A stretch of 64,000 bases of DNA from positions 1-64,000 of the IMG/VR virus record IMGVR_UViG_3300044771_000012; one strand, written 5' to 3'. Source of the DNA: a virus. The notes beneath the pieces were generated by a model. It was not told the origin of the DNA and made no database searches. It was given only the letters and a program-made list of their open reading frames with translations. Made by a program: the position numbers and the translations under genes. Shown in pieces: positions 52,688 to 61,870 of the stretch (positions are counted from its first letter, which is position 1; each line of letters opens with the position of its first letter).

Positions 52688-53052
52688 TGCCCACAAAATC
52701 TGAACTTTGCATTCGCTGTGGCGATTGCTGTAAATTTTTTATTCTCGAAATAAGAAGACCGGCATTCCCCCAGGAGATTATTGATTGGAAAGAATGGATG
52801 GTGGCCAGGGGGATCATTTTTATTCGAGAACATAGTGGATGGTGGAGGATTAAAATTCCATTCCAATGTCCGCACCTGCGGATCGTGGAAAAAGATTCTC
52901 TCATTATGACGCCGGAACATCCGAAGGACTCACTTCATTATTGTGAAATCTATGGATCACACCCAACGGTATGTAAAAAATTTGATGGCCGGTTGGAATC
53001 GAGCCGAGATGGATTGAAATGCCTATGGCTAACAGAAAAAATAGACCAATGA
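52687..53052 (+). CDS. CxxCxxCC (YkgJ/UPF0153-like) metal-cluster protein
   Basis: CIRCGDCCKFF...FQCPHL...YCEIYGSHPTVCKKF. Confidence 0.6.
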   Translation: MPTKSELCIRCGDCCKFFILEIRRPAFPQEIIDWKEWMVARGIIFIREHSGWWRIKIPFQCPHLRIVEKDSLIMTPEHPKDSLHYCEIYGSHPTVCKKFDGRLESSRDGLKCLWLTEKIDQ

Positions 53053-53435
53053 TAACCAAGGAAGAGTGTGAGGCAAGGAAATGGCCCCACAATAATCGGT
53101 GTCGCTATACTCACGGTTTTGAATGTGAAGATTGCGGCACATTCTTTCCGATTGAAAGCATCGGTTATAAGAGACATGAGTATCCATCAACCCTCTGGAT
53201 GGCGGTTTGGAATTATCGGGCTGGCATTACGGCGAAGGGTGGCCAGGTCAACGAAAGAGAGATTGATGAGTTAATCGCCCGATGTGATGGTTTGATTAAA
53301 TTACCAGATGAAAGTCTTCTTCATTGGATCGCCGAAATTGAAAAATGGCTTCGGCAACATGGCGTCCTGGATGCCCACAAAGCAACAAATATTGAATTGA
53401 AGGATGACTTAAATGACAATCCTGCGAACAAATGA
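53019..53435 (+). CDS. hypothetical Cys-containing protein
   Basis: 138-aa ORF. Confidence 0.5.
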   Translation: MPMANRKNRPMITKEECEARKWPHNNRCRYTHGFECEDCGTFFPIESIGYKRHEYPSTLWMAVWNYRAGITAKGGQVNEREIDELIARCDGLIKLPDESLLHWIAEIEKWLRQHGVLDAHKATNIELKDDLNDNPANK

Positions 53436-53949
53436 TTGGAAGAAACTGGTTCAACTTTGCAAGAATGAAATCCAAAACACGAAGGGGGATAAGCGTGCCG
53501 CCCGTGGCTTGCTTTACCGGCTCACTTTTTACCTTTCCGAGAACCGCCTCGTGAAACCTCAACGCCGGATGACGCAAGGGCCGCCTATCCAACAAGGTGA
53601 ATTACTTAATTTTGATAGGGGTGTTGTAGAGGAGGGAACACTCTTATCCCCCAAGGAGGTTGAATTAAACACAAAAATTTACGATCATACGATTCTGGGG
53701 CCTGGGCCTTACAGATTGGTTGACTTCGGGCATCCAGATTGTCCCGTATGCGAGGAGGCGAGAAGTGGCAGTAGTGTTCCGATACCTGAAAGACCTGCCC
53801 CAGGGGAAGAGAAGGAAGCACGGGAATATAAAGGTGACGGTGGACGGGATCAAGTTCGACTCGAAGAAAGAGGCGAGGAGATACCAAGAATTATTGATGA
53901 AGGAAAAGGCTGGCCTGATCTCCCATCTGAAACTGAAACCAAAATTTAA
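53413..53949 (+). CDS. hypothetical protein (3' end uncertain)
   Basis: The last ~60 codons overlap the DUF1064-like gene in another frame. Confidence 0.4.
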   Translation: MTILRTNDWKKLVQLCKNEIQNTKGDKRAARGLLYRLTFYLSENRLVKPQRRMTQGPPIQQGELLNFDRGVVEEGTLLSPKEVELNTKIYDHTILGPGPYRLVDFGHPDCPVCEEARSGSSVPIPERPAPGEEKEAREYKGDGGRDQVRLEERGEEIPRIIDEGKGWPDLPSETETKI

Positions 53950-54139
53950 GATCATGGTGCTCGATCAATTTCTCTGCAACTATACGGCAGATTTTTCTTA
54001 TTGGGAGAGACTTGAATTGGTGGTCGAAGATACAAAGGGCAAAGACCCTAAAACGGGTTGGGATACGGGAACGCCCACTTACCACTTGAAAAAAAGGTTG
54101 ATGCGGATAGTTTTTAAAATTGAAGTGAGGGAGGTATGA
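53765..54139 (+). CDS. DUF1064-family protein (nuclease-like)
   Basis: GTG at 53765 after GAGGAGG. Contains VDGIKFDSKKEARRYQELLMKEKAGLI...YTADFSYW...VVEDTKG. Confidence 0.55.
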   Translation: MAVVFRYLKDLPQGKRRKHGNIKVTVDGIKFDSKKEARRYQELLMKEKAGLISHLKLKPKFKIMVLDQFLCNYTADFSYWERLELVVEDTKGKDPKTGWDTGTPTYHLKKRLMRIVFKIEVREV

Positions 54140-54564
54140 TTATGACGGAAGAAAAGAAACAAACGTGGCAGAATATTTTACTCTTCCTGGCCTTTGAATG
54201 GTTCGGGAAAGAATTTGTTGAAGAGTTTATGAATTACAAATACGATGGCGATCCAATCCAGGAAGGCGAGACCAAGATCAACTGCGATCTCGATGAGCAT
54301 GAGAAAGTTTTCTGGGATTTCGTGGATGCCCTTTTTAATCACCTTCGGAAGAACCGGAAGAAAATGCCCGCCGGTGAACTCGAAGAAAAGAAGAGGATAG
54401 CCGTGGGCCTCAAGTCTCAATTCTGGGGTATGATCCAACTTAATCATCCTGAATTTATGGAGCCGGACAATATCGGCATTCGGCAAGGATATGTGATCGT
54501 CGAATCTCCACCTATGGCCACAAACCCGCTCGTTGAAATTTTTAAAGGAATGCCTTCTGGATGA
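54136..54564 (+). CDS. hypothetical protein
   Basis: ATGA coupling, GGGAGG RBS. Confidence 0.55.
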   Translation: MIMTEEKKQTWQNILLFLAFEWFGKEFVEEFMNYKYDGDPIQEGETKINCDLDEHEKVFWDFVDALFNHLRKNRKKMPAGELEEKKRIAVGLKSQFWGMIQLNHPEFMEPDNIGIRQGYVIVESPPMATNPLVEIFKGMPSG

Positions 54565-54663
54565 GCAAGAAGAAGAAAAAACAAAAGGCGGAATCGAAAT
54601 GCACCGATCCTGCATTTGACCCCGCCTATGAACTCGTCAAGCGGATGAACGACCGTGGAGGTC

Positions 54664-54921
54664 TTATCTCTTCGACGGGATGCTACCGGAAGAAGAAACT
54701 TCCGACGGCTCCTTGATTTCTCGATCATTCGCAATGCGAATTCCATCGACCGCTACAACTTCAATTTTGATCCCGTGCTTATCTACTCCTTGTTCAGCAA
54801 CCTCATGGCCAAACATTTTCAGAAGGCGTTCTTTTACGGTGGCCCTTCTCTTTTGTTTGTCCGAATTTTCGGGATCGAGCCATTCCACCCTAATTGTCAA
54901 TTCCATTTTTTGATAAATCAT
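54664..54921 (-). CDS. hypothetical protein
   Basis: ATG after AAGGAGGGATAG. Confidence 0.55.
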   Translation of the reverse strand: MIYQKMELTIRVEWLDPENSDKQKRRATVKERLLKMFGHEVAEQGVDKHGIKIEVVAVDGIRIANDREIKEPSEVSSSGSIPSKR

Positions 54922-54923
54922 TT

Positions 54924-55121
54924 CTATCCCTCCTTCTTAAAAAAATCGAGTCTTTGTTCCCTGTCGAAGATTGTGATAAGAGTTGTGGCTTCGATGATGA
55001 GCGGGAATGCCAAGCAGATTAAAAGAGCGTAATATTGTGACCAGATTGATCCCATGACGATTATTCCCGCCGAGAGCCATTTGATAATATTCATAAAGCC
55101 TATCCTAAATCTTCTTTCCAT
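54924..55121 (-). CDS. small membrane protein (2 TM)
   Basis: Hydrophobic segments WLSAGIIVMGSIW and YALLICLAFPLII. Confidence 0.5.
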   Translation of the reverse strand: MERRFRIGFMNIIKWLSAGIIVMGSIWSQYYALLICLAFPLIIEATTLITIFDREQRLDFFKKEG

Positions 55122-55320
55122 TGTTTCCTCCCTTAAAGTAACCCATCACAAAATGAAGCCTTGACCGACGATCCAGTCCAACCGCAGAGCAAATCTTTTT
55201 TTCCGTCCGTAGCGTTCTTAAATGGCAATAGACATCTCGCCCAAAATATTTTTGTATCTTTCTGGTAGAACAACCTGGGTGGTCAACAACAAATAAATAA
55301 ACAGCGTGGCAAGTAATCAT
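55105..55320 (-). CDS. hypothetical (possible winged-helix) protein
   Basis: 71-aa ORF, ATGA-coupled. Confidence 0.45.
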   Translation of the reverse strand: MITCHAVYLFVVDHPGCSTRKIQKYFGRDVYCHLRTLRTEKKICSAVGLDRRSRLHFVMGYFKGGNNGKKI

Positions 55321-55775
55321 GTTCCCTCCGGTTGAATTCTAAATTTCACTCCGGCCCGCTTTAACATGGCCTTCGAGAGTTCATCCGCCAGGAAATTTTC
55401 CTCCCTGGGTATCCATTCTCCCATAATAAGCGGAAATTGTTTGAGCATCGCTTTACAGATTTTGGCGATTGGCACATAGTATCCGAATCTAATTTTCCAA
55501 TTTCCAAACATCTGCATGATGACGAGCTTTGAATCACCATGGACAACAATCGGCAATTTCGTTAAGTCCTGGGAGATCAAATAATCGAGGATCGCCTTGA
55601 AGCCGGAATACTCGGCCACGTTGTTGGAGGTCTCTTTTTCTCGGCCCCTCTGTGGCACGAAGAGCTTCGAGGTCTCCCAAATCTTTTGTTTGTTTTTTAG
55701 AATCACCACGCCATAGGCGGCGGTTCCACCTGGGTTCACCGGCTCACAACACCCATCGAAGTATGCTTCAATCAT
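55317..55775 (-). CDS. ribonuclease H-like protein
   Basis: The D..E..D..D pattern: YFDG, NNVAEYSG, VHGDSKLV and REENFLADELSK. Confidence 0.75.
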   Translation of the reverse strand: MIEAYFDGCCEPVNPGGTAAYGVVILKNKQKIWETSKLFVPQRGREKETSNNVAEYSGFKAILDYLISQDLTKLPIVVHGDSKLVIMQMFGNWKIRFGYYVPIAKICKAMLKQFPLIMGEWIPREENFLADELSKAMLKRAGVKFRIQPEGT

Positions 55776-55987
55776 CTTTTCCTCTTCTCTTTTCTCTCGG
55801 CGATCATTCGCTCCGCTTCTTTCCTGGCGGCCATCCAATAGATCACTTCGATGCTGGTTTCAAACCATTTCCGGCTCCCCTTTTTCTTGATCCGAACAAG
55901 ATTGGGAGGTTCAAGTTGGATGATGAAGGGGGGCCGGTTCTCCGGCCCTGGGATTTCACGCCTTACCCGCCGCTTGAGTTGTGTCAT
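55772..55987 (-). CDS. basic hypothetical protein
   Basis: Internal ATG of the track ORF. ATGA-coupled to the RNase H gene. Confidence 0.45.
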   Translation of the reverse strand: MTQLKRRVRREIPGPENRPPFIIQLEPPNLVRIKKKGSRKWFETSIEVIYWMAARKEAERMIAERKEKRKR

Positions 55988-56210
55988 GGCTTCGCTCCAA
56001 ATTTTTTCTCGCCTCTTCAAACATCGCCCTTGCCCGTCGGTTGAGATCGGTTGCCTCGTTTTGGACGGACATGGCGATTTTGGCGGACTCCATTGCTGTT
56101 TTGCAATAACCCTCCATGGCCCTCTTCGCTTTAAGTAACTGGATGAAGGCCCAAATATTAGCCACGATCATTCCGAAATTTAGAATTATAAGGATTGTTA
56201 ATCGCATCAC
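55956..56210 (-). CDS. membrane-anchored hypothetical protein
   Basis: N-terminal TM LTILIILNFGMIVANIWAFI. Confidence 0.5.
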   Translation of the reverse strand: MMRLTILIILNFGMIVANIWAFIQLLKAKRAMEGYCKTAMESAKIAMSVQNEATDLNRRARAMFEEARKNLERSHDTTQAAGKA

Positions 56211-56449
56211 TCCTCCTTAAAGCAAGACGGATGCTCTTTTTTGGTGTGACGATGCTCGCACCGTTCCGGTTCTTTGCAGATAGTTGATACCCAATGTTGG
56301 AAGATAAAGCCTGCGACGCTTCGCAAATTCTCAGGCTTTATCTTCCCCCTTACCTTCGCCACTCGGTAGGCTCCCATCGAGACGCCCGCAATCCTGGCGA
56401 TGTCCTTCTCTTTGTAAGAGAACATATATTTGATCTCCCCTTTTTTCAT
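56207..56449 (-). CDS. HTH-like hypothetical protein
   Basis: DIARIAGVSMGAYRVAKVRG. Confidence 0.45.
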   Translation of the reverse strand: MKKGEIKYMFSYKEKDIARIAGVSMGAYRVAKVRGKIKPENLRSVAGFIFQHWVSTICKEPERCEHRHTKKEHPSCFKEE

Positions 56450-56685
56450 ACCGTTGTTTCCTCCTTTTCTTTTTCTTCAACCTTGGCTAAGGCGTGTCCT
56501 GCCTTGGAAGCGATTGCCTTTTGCAAACAATCGAGGCCGCAAATTTGGACGGTGAACTCTATGGGTGGAGCATTATGGTCACGTTCCACATTGTCGATGA
56601 CCATCTTTGTGATCCCAACCTTTACCTCAAAAACACTTGGCCCCTGTGCCTTACAAGCATCACACTCGAATACTGTTTTCTTCAT
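56446..56685 (-). CDS. hypothetical protein
   Basis: ATGA coupling. Confidence 0.5.
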   Translation of the reverse strand: MKKTVFECDACKAQGPSVFEVKVGITKMVIDNVERDHNAPPIEFTVQICGLDCLQKAIASKAGHALAKVEEKEKEETTV

Positions 56686-56870
56686 TCTTTCTCACCCCCT
56701 TTCTTTGTAAGACTCTCCATGGCTCGATCCGCCTGCCAGCCTTCAAACTCGGCCAGCTTGCCGGTGGACACAATGAAAGTGATCGCCGAGAAAAGAAATT
56801 TTACCATGTCCGCCGTGATCTCCTCCTTCTCTTTCATCACCCTCGCATAATGTTTTTCAAATTTTGTCAT
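56682..56870 (-). CDS. hypothetical protein
   Basis: ATGA coupling. Confidence 0.45.
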   Translation of the reverse strand: MTKFEKHYARVMKEKEEITADMVKFLFSAITFIVSTGKLAEFEGWQADRAMESLTKKGGEKE

Positions 56871-57070
56871 GCTCCCTTCCTCTCTGGAATGAACGAACCT
56901 TTCAACTCCAATGTATCAAGAAATCTTTCTGGGTCTAACTCTTGATCTAAGGTGGTGCTGAATATCTTTCCGTCTTTAGATACAAGAATCACAACCGCAT
57001 CGGGATGAAACCTGTCTCCCGCAATGTAAACGCCAGGTCTTTCAATCATCCGTTTTACTTTTTCATCCAT
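56867..57070 (-). CDS. hypothetical protein
   Basis: ATGA coupling. Confidence 0.45.
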   Translation of the reverse strand: MDEKVKRMIERPGVYIAGDRFHPDAVVILVSKDGKIFSTTLDQELDPERFLDTLELKGSFIPERKGA

Positions 57071-57932
57071 TCATAATCTCCTTCACGGCCTTGGTCAGCT
57101 TCATCTTGTCGTCGTTTTCTTTTTCAATGATGATCCGCATTGCATCTTTGTCGATCAGCCGCTCGATCTCCTTCTTGATGATCTTCCGAAGCTCGCTCGG
57201 ATTGATGGCGTCAACCTCCCATGAAGAGGCCCCGTATTTTTCAATGAATTCTTTCGACCGTGGATCGCTATGCTTCGCAGGGTTGGGTGGCGGGTTATAT
57301 TTCTTTACCTGATCGAGCGTCAAGGCGATCTTTCTCACCGTCACGTCAATTCCAAACATCTCCATCCGGTCGGCAATGTCTCGAACCATGTCCTCACCGG
57401 AAGGATCGAAGTCTCCCAAATAAAGCAAGGTCAGATTTTTTTCTTGGTTCAGATACCGCTTTGAGGCTTCATACATGGCCGACTGAGAAGAATAGCCACG
57501 GTTCACCATCATCGGGACGTGGTATTGATTGGCCATGGGCCGCAGAACTCCGGCGAGGGCATCTTTCTCTACCCATAACTCGACATAATCATCCTGGGTC
57601 TCCCACCTGGGGAGCCGGTAGGAATAGAGGGCCGAATCAACGAGGTCTTTGATGTTTGACCACTCAGAGGGGATCACCGGCACTCGAATTCGATCTTCAA
57701 TCGCATCCCAATCCAGCATACCGGCAAGGCGGGCATCGCTCACCAGACTCGAAAGATTTTTGTAACTCCGCTCCACATTCTTGATAATGTTCTTCGTAAC
57801 TAACTGGTAATAAAGTTGGCGGAGCGTCAACCTTAAACCCTGGCCCAAATAGTCGATGACGATCTCCTCGCACTTAGCGATCAATCCGAGACTATCTGGT
57901 CTAAAATTCGTTTCTTTAAAAGTCTCTTTCAT
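57063..57932 (-). CDS. Spo11/topoisomerase VI-A-like protein (winged-helix Tyr motif plus Toprim)
   Basis: LRQLYYQLV (5Y-CAP-like tyrosine) near the N-terminus. LLYLGDFDPSGEDMVRDI (Toprim D-x-D-P-x-G) in the C-terminal half. Confidence 0.5.
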   Translation of the reverse strand: MKETFKETNFRPDSLGLIAKCEEIVIDYLGQGLRLTLRQLYYQLVTKNIIKNVERSYKNLSSLVSDARLAGMLDWDAIEDRIRVPVIPSEWSNIKDLVDSALYSYRLPRWETQDDYVELWVEKDALAGVLRPMANQYHVPMMVNRGYSSQSAMYEASKRYLNQEKNLTLLYLGDFDPSGEDMVRDIADRMEMFGIDVTVRKIALTLDQVKKYNPPPNPAKHSDPRSKEFIEKYGASSWEVDAINPSELRKIIKKEIERLIDKDAMRIIIEKENDDKMKLTKAVKEIMNG

Positions 57933-58207
57933 TTTTCCTCCTCGAAGAGATGAAGAACGTATTCTCCTCCGAAAAATTGCAGGGTTGCCATAAACCTCAA
58001 CACGCCAGGATGATCGAGAACGCCGCCTCCCGTTTCCAATAGAACGAAGGTTCTGGATTCGACTTCCTTTTCATCACCCTCAACTATGGCCCACATGACC
58101 GGATCAGCATATTGAATCTGGGCTGTTAAAAATTTCGCTCCTCGTGGGACATTTAACTTAAACGTCCCTGGCTTCATCAAAAAACTATACTTCCAAATTT
58201 TCTTCAT
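57929..58207 (-). CDS. hypothetical protein
   Basis: ATGA coupling. Confidence 0.5.
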   Translation of the reverse strand: MKKIWKYSFLMKPGTFKLNVPRGAKFLTAQIQYADPVMWAIVEGDEKEVESRTFVLLETGGGVLDHPGVLRFMATLQFFGGEYVLHLFEEEK

Positions 58208-58551
58208 ATCCTCACCACCATCTTTCCGAGGCCCACGGCCTCAAGTATTGAGATCACCTTTAACTGCTTCTTCGTAAGGCCCGCATCCTTGGTTGTCTTT
58301 TTGACAACCGGCCTCCTAATCCAAATAAATTTCGTATTCTCTTGCGTTGGAGGCTCCCGCCTGGGGATCGTGATCGCAAAGGGGAGGCCCCTGGAAATAA
58401 TCTCGTTACCGGCGGCCTCTGCTCCCCTTACAAATTCTCTTTGTCGCTGGTTTTTCCGAATTCGCTCAGGCATACCCCTTTTTGTCCTTCCAGCCTTCGT
58501 TGTGTGGCCCTGTGGCCTACGAAAAGGTTTTGGCAAAGGGTAGATAACCAC
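58204..58551 (-). CDS. basic hypothetical protein
   Basis: 115-aa ORF, ATGA-coupled downstream. Confidence 0.45.
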   Translation of the reverse strand: MVIYPLPKPFRRPQGHTTKAGRTKRGMPERIRKNQRQREFVRGAEAAGNEIISRGLPFAITIPRREPPTQENTKFIWIRRPVVKKTTKDAGLTKKQLKVISILEAVGLGKMVVRI

Positions 58552-58600
58552 CCCCTGCCGTGATATTTTACTGTTTTTAGACCAGATTCCGCTTTGGAAA

Positions 58601-59260
58601 TCAGGCTGTTAGTCCAATTTCCGAGGCCAATTTCTCCTCTCCTGTCGGCTTTCTTTCCTCAATTTTAACCACCTTAACGAGCGAGATTCCACGCCCCTCA
58701 AGTTTGGTCAATTCTTCTTCTGTCTCATCACCCTTGACGACATACTCGATGGCGGATGGTTTGAAGACTTGGAAGATCGCCGGTTTCCCCTTTTCCTTTT
58801 TGCCCTCCCAGGTCTCGCCCCCAGGGATGCCCTCGATGTGGGCCACGGCAACCCAGGTCTCACCGACCTTGAATCCATTTGGAATGCCTTTGATCCTGCG
58901 GCTCACTCCCATCGTTCGGCCTTCCTCCATCCATTCCTGGGTCGTCTTGTAGAACTTCTCGCCTATCCAGATCAATCCCATTTTCTCCGGCGGATGAGCG
59001 AGGATACACCCTTGACATTCTGATATTGCCGGAAGGTGCATCTCTCGACACGGAAAATCGGTGAATAGAAGTTTGCCGTTTATCCACGTCCACCCTCTCG
59101 CAAACTTGACACCGGCCCCGCAACATGGGCAACGCTCAAGCGGCAAAGGGAGCTTTCCGCATTCACGCCCCTTAAAATCTGGGAGCACCAGGTAAAGGCC
59201 CCCCTCCTTTCGATAACCGCAACCCCTTCTTCCTTCGTGACTTTCTCGAATGTTTGGCAT
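58601..59260 (-). CDS. Cys-rich hypothetical protein
   Basis: 219-aa ORF containing GCGYRKEGGLYLV and CPCCG...CQGC. Confidence 0.55.
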   Translation of the reverse strand: MPNIRESHEGRRGCGYRKEGGLYLVLPDFKGRECGKLPLPLERCPCCGAGVKFARGWTWINGKLLFTDFPCREMHLPAISECQGCILAHPPEKMGLIWIGEKFYKTTQEWMEEGRTMGVSRRIKGIPNGFKVGETWVAVAHIEGIPGGETWEGKKEKGKPAIFQVFKPSAIEYVVKGDETEEELTKLEGRGISLVKVVKIEERKPTGEEKLASEIGLTA

Positions 59261-59396
59261 AGCGTTTCTCCTTGTCTTGTCTTTTGTGTAGAATTCTGAT
59301 CCACATTCCCCATTCCTGGGATGATCCGATTGTCACCCACCGGCCAAAAATTCTGACCTCCACCGGCTTCATGGTTTCGAGACTCTTAATCTGCAT
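59172..59396 (-). CDS. hypothetical protein (3' overlap with the next gene)
   Basis: 74-aa ORF. The last 89 nt overlap 58601..59260. Confidence 0.3.
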   Translation of the reverse strand: MQIKSLETMKPVEVRIFGRWVTIGSSQEWGMWIRILHKRQDKEKRYAKHSRKSRRKKGLRLSKGGGPLPGAPRF

Positions 59397-59503
59397 TAAA
59401 GCATCCTGACAATGCCGGAGAGGATGGCCACGATCACCGCAACCGCAAAGGGTTCGAGGATCACGGCCACCGCTCCCTTAAATACCAGCCCCCAAATCTT
59501 CAT
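59396..59503 (-). CDS. small membrane peptide (35 aa)
   Basis: MKIWGLVFKGAVAVILEPFAVAVIVAILSGIVRML. Internal ATG of the track ORF. Confidence 0.35.
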   Translation of the reverse strand: MKIWGLVFKGAVAVILEPFAVAVIVAILSGIVRML

Positions 59504-59714
59504 GTTTTTCCTCTTTGATGTGGATGATGGTCTTGGTCTCGCTGTCGTCATAGAATTCCAGCTTGATCCCGTAAACATCCCAAAGGACGCTCTCGACGGT
59601 ATCCCTGACCTCGCCCCATGCTTCGGCGTTCCACTCTAAGTCCTTACCTGCGATCTCTTCGAGTAATTTGTGGCAGGCGTTATCAATTACGTCGTATCCA
59701 ATTTTAATCTTCAT
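59478..59714 (-). CDS. hypothetical acidic protein
   Basis: ORF after GGGAGGAAAGCC. Confidence 0.5.
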   Translation of the reverse strand: MKIKIGYDVIDNACHKLLEEIAGKDLEWNAEAWGEVRDTVESVLWDVYGIKLEFYDDSETKTIIHIKEEKHEDLGAGI

Positions 59715-59725
59715 GGCTTTCCTCC

Positions 59726-60175
59726 CTATGTGAGTTCATCCATACTGGATGACTCAATCTCGTCGTGATCCTCAAAAATAATTTCCTCTTGGCAAAATGG
59801 GCAGGTTACGGTCGCCGTCACATCGGCCCCATAAAGATGGGCCTGGTATCTTGCATTTTTAATCGTCTTCCCGTGCCTATCTTTCGTCCTGTAATCATCG
59901 GTCGCTTCTGTCTCGATGGTTCCCTCGATCTCGATACTATCCGGCGGCTTCTTCGGTAGCTTCTCGCATTCGTGCTCTGTTTCCATCTCGAAAGTGAAGG
60001 TCGTATCTTTCAACTCGGTTCCGCATTCGCCGCAAGGGATCACCACCCTTATTTCCGGCTCGCACTTGATAACAAGCATTTTGTCAACGATCTCCGCCGT
60101 GAAGTCTTCACCGCTTTGGACTTCCGCTTCTGGGTCGCCATTCGGCACAAATTTGTTGCAGTCTGGGCATCGCAT
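59726..60175 (-). CDS. multi-CxxC zinc-finger protein
   Basis: CPDC, CGEC and CPFC pairs. Confidence 0.55.
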   Translation of the reverse strand: MRCPDCNKFVPNGDPEAEVQSGEDFTAEIVDKMLVIKCEPEIRVVIPCGECGTELKDTTFTFEMETEHECEKLPKKPPDSIEIEGTIETEATDDYRTKDRHGKTIKNARYQAHLYGADVTATVTCPFCQEEIIFEDHDEIESSSMDELT

Positions 60176-60178
60176 GAT

Positions 60179-60628
60179 TTATTCCTCCGTGATCTCGAAT
60201 TTGAAGAGACCGCACATTCGGCCCCCGTCCGTGGTTCTGTCTTTTAAGTTTTCTTGTTTCACGAATACCCGCTTTCCGGTCGCCTTGTCGAAGATATTCA
60301 CTATGCCGTCCTCTCCAAAATAGGGGAGGCTGTTACTTTCAATAATCCGCTTTACCTTTTTCCGTGCTTCTTCCCTGGCTCCTTCCATGTCGATTATGGT
60401 TGCATCGTCTTTGTTGATGTCTGGAAATACGATCAATCGCAACCGGCCCTCATAGACTTCAAGAATAATCGGGACACCGCAATTTTTAGCAGAGGCAAAG
60501 TCGCCGTATCCTTCCGGCTTGATGTCGATACAATGATAGCCCTCCTCGATTTCAAGGTGGATGTCGTGTGTCTTCTTGCCTTTCAATGCGTGAACGTCTT
60601 CAAGTGTCGTAAAGAATTTCGCTTTCAT
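60179..60628 (-). CDS. hypothetical protein
   Basis: ORF after GGGGGTGAGAC. First gene downstream of the 60653-60681 promoter. Confidence 0.55.
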   Translation of the reverse strand: MKAKFFTTLEDVHALKGKKTHDIHLEIEEGYHCIDIKPEGYGDFASAKNCGVPIILEVYEGRLRLIVFPDINKDDATIIDMEGAREEARKKVKRIIESNSLPYFGEDGIVNIFDKATGKRVFVKQENLKDRTTDGGRMCGLFKFEITEE

Positions 60629-60652
60629 GTCTCACCCCCTGTTTCATACCGT

Positions 60653-60681
60653 AATTTACAACGGCTCATTTTGCTTGTCAA
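60653..60681 (-). promoter_or_regulatory. sigma70-like promoter (leftward)
   Basis: Minus strand reads TTGACA (60681-60676), 17-nt spacer, TAAATT (60658-60653), with an upstream A-tract. It has the same CTTGACAAGCA context as the element at 50653-50662 (plus-strand TTGTCAAGCA). Confidence 0.55.
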
Positions 60682-60710
60682 GTGTTTTTTTTAAAATCTT
60701 TTATACCGGC

Positions 60711-61196
60711 CTATTTTCCTCCTTTTGTGTGCCGCTCCCCTTTCATAAATGCGACGTATCGTCTGGCGGCTTCTTCAGTTTTGAATTCTGCGGACGTTTG
60801 CTCATCCCAAAAAACCATCTTGCCAACGACTTGAAAATCTGGCGGCTTATAACCTGGCATTTCATAAACTGTCCGGCGGCCCCGCATGATCTTGACAATG
60901 CAATGGTCAAGGATCGCTCCGCCCCCCATACTCCGGTTATTGTGGATCAGGAGGGGAATTTTAATCGTGCCGGTGGATCGTCCGACATATCCGGTTACAT
61001 CGTTTTCTTCTCCCCAATCTCGGCCCGTCTTCGTGTCTCCAAAGAAAAGCCGCAAGCGATAACGATTGATGTGGGCCTCTTCTAAGTAGTCAACGACTGC
61101 CTCCGGCGTTTCCAGGTGGTAACAAGTTCCGCTTTCAAGCTGTCGATATTTAATTTTGTTTTTCTGTTTTGATGTGACAATTTTTTCCGTGTTCAT
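60711..61196 (-). CDS. hypothetical protein
   Basis: 161-aa ORF. Confidence 0.55.
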   Translation of the reverse strand: MNTEKIVTSKQKNKIKYRQLESGTCYHLETPEAVVDYLEEAHINRYRLRLFFGDTKTGRDWGEENDVTGYVGRSTGTIKIPLLIHNNRSMGGGAILDHCIVKIMRGRRTVYEMPGYKPPDFQVVGKMVFWDEQTSAEFKTEEAARRYVAFMKGERHTKGGK

Positions 61197-61393
61197 CTCT
61201 TATTTCTCGTCCTCCTTTCGTTCATTTCTTTCCATCCAGAAAAGGTTGTTCCGGTTAGCGGGCAAGTTTGATAAGAGTCCAAAACATTTTTGTATTCTTT
61301 TTTTGCTATTCGATAAGCCTGTTTGAGCGTGTGGGCCTCAATATCTCTTGTCCTCCATGATCCTTGAATTAAAAATATATACCATCTTTTCAT
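61193..61393 (-). CDS. hypothetical protein (66 aa)
   Basis: Internal ATG of track ORF 61193..61549. ATGA-coupled downstream. Confidence 0.45.
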   Translation of the reverse strand: MKRWYIFLIQGSWRTRDIEAHTLKQAYRIAKKEYKNVLDSYQTCPLTGTTFSGWKEMNERRTRNKR

Positions 61394-61394
61394 T

Positions 61395-61574
61395 TCATTC
61401 CCCTTTCGCAAGCTCTTCGAGTGGAACAATGATTTCATTTTCAACGCACCGCTCCCGCTCTGCGGCCTCCCTTGTCGGGAATATTTTAACGTTGGTGATG
61501 TCCAGCGTGTAACTACTCCGCCTTCCGGCCTTGGCCACAAAGAGGCCATCTTTAATCCTCTTTAATAGAAACAT
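61395..61574 (-). CDS. hypothetical protein (59 aa)
   Basis: ATG at 61574 after GGAAAGGAGGAAAAAG. Confidence 0.5.
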   Translation of the reverse strand: MFLLKRIKDGLFVAKAGRRSSYTLDITNVKIFPTREAAERERCVENEIIVPLEELAKGE

Positions 61575-61857
61575 CTTTTTCCTCCTTTCCGGCCAACCAT
61601 AATAAATCGGCCTCGTGTTCTTTATAAAAATTTGGGTTGTCAATAATAGCTTCCCTTACTAACTCAAGGGATCGCCGCTCTCCGTCTTCAAATCTTACTT
61701 CGTTGTCTCCCTTCCATGCAGAGAAGCGGCAAACCCCATTACACTTATGCTCGTGTAAAATTTCGATGTCTCCAAACTTCGGGCAAGGATGAAGGACGGC
61801 CTCAATCCGCTTTCTTATTTCTTGGTTAAACTTTCGGCGTTCTTGTGTTCGTGTCAT
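61552..61857 (-). CDS. hypothetical protein
   Basis: 101-aa ORF after AAAGGAGAAAAGG. Confidence 0.5.
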   Translation of the reverse strand: MTRTQERRKFNQEIRKRIEAVLHPCPKFGDIEILHEHKCNGVCRFSAWKGDNEVRFEDGERRSLELVREAIIDNPNFYKEHEADLLWLAGKEEKDVSIKED

Positions 61858-61870
61858 GGCCTTTTCTCCT

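Noticed and set aside
52231-52920. 229-aa minus-strand ORF
   Set aside because: It is antisense to four tightly coupled plus-strand genes that have RBSs and recognisable Cys motifs.
54561-54716. 51-aa Lys-rich plus-strand ORF, ATGA-coupled to 54136..54564
   Set aside because: It overlaps the 3' end of the convergent, well-supported gene 54664..54921 by 53 nt and has no independent support. I left it unannotated.
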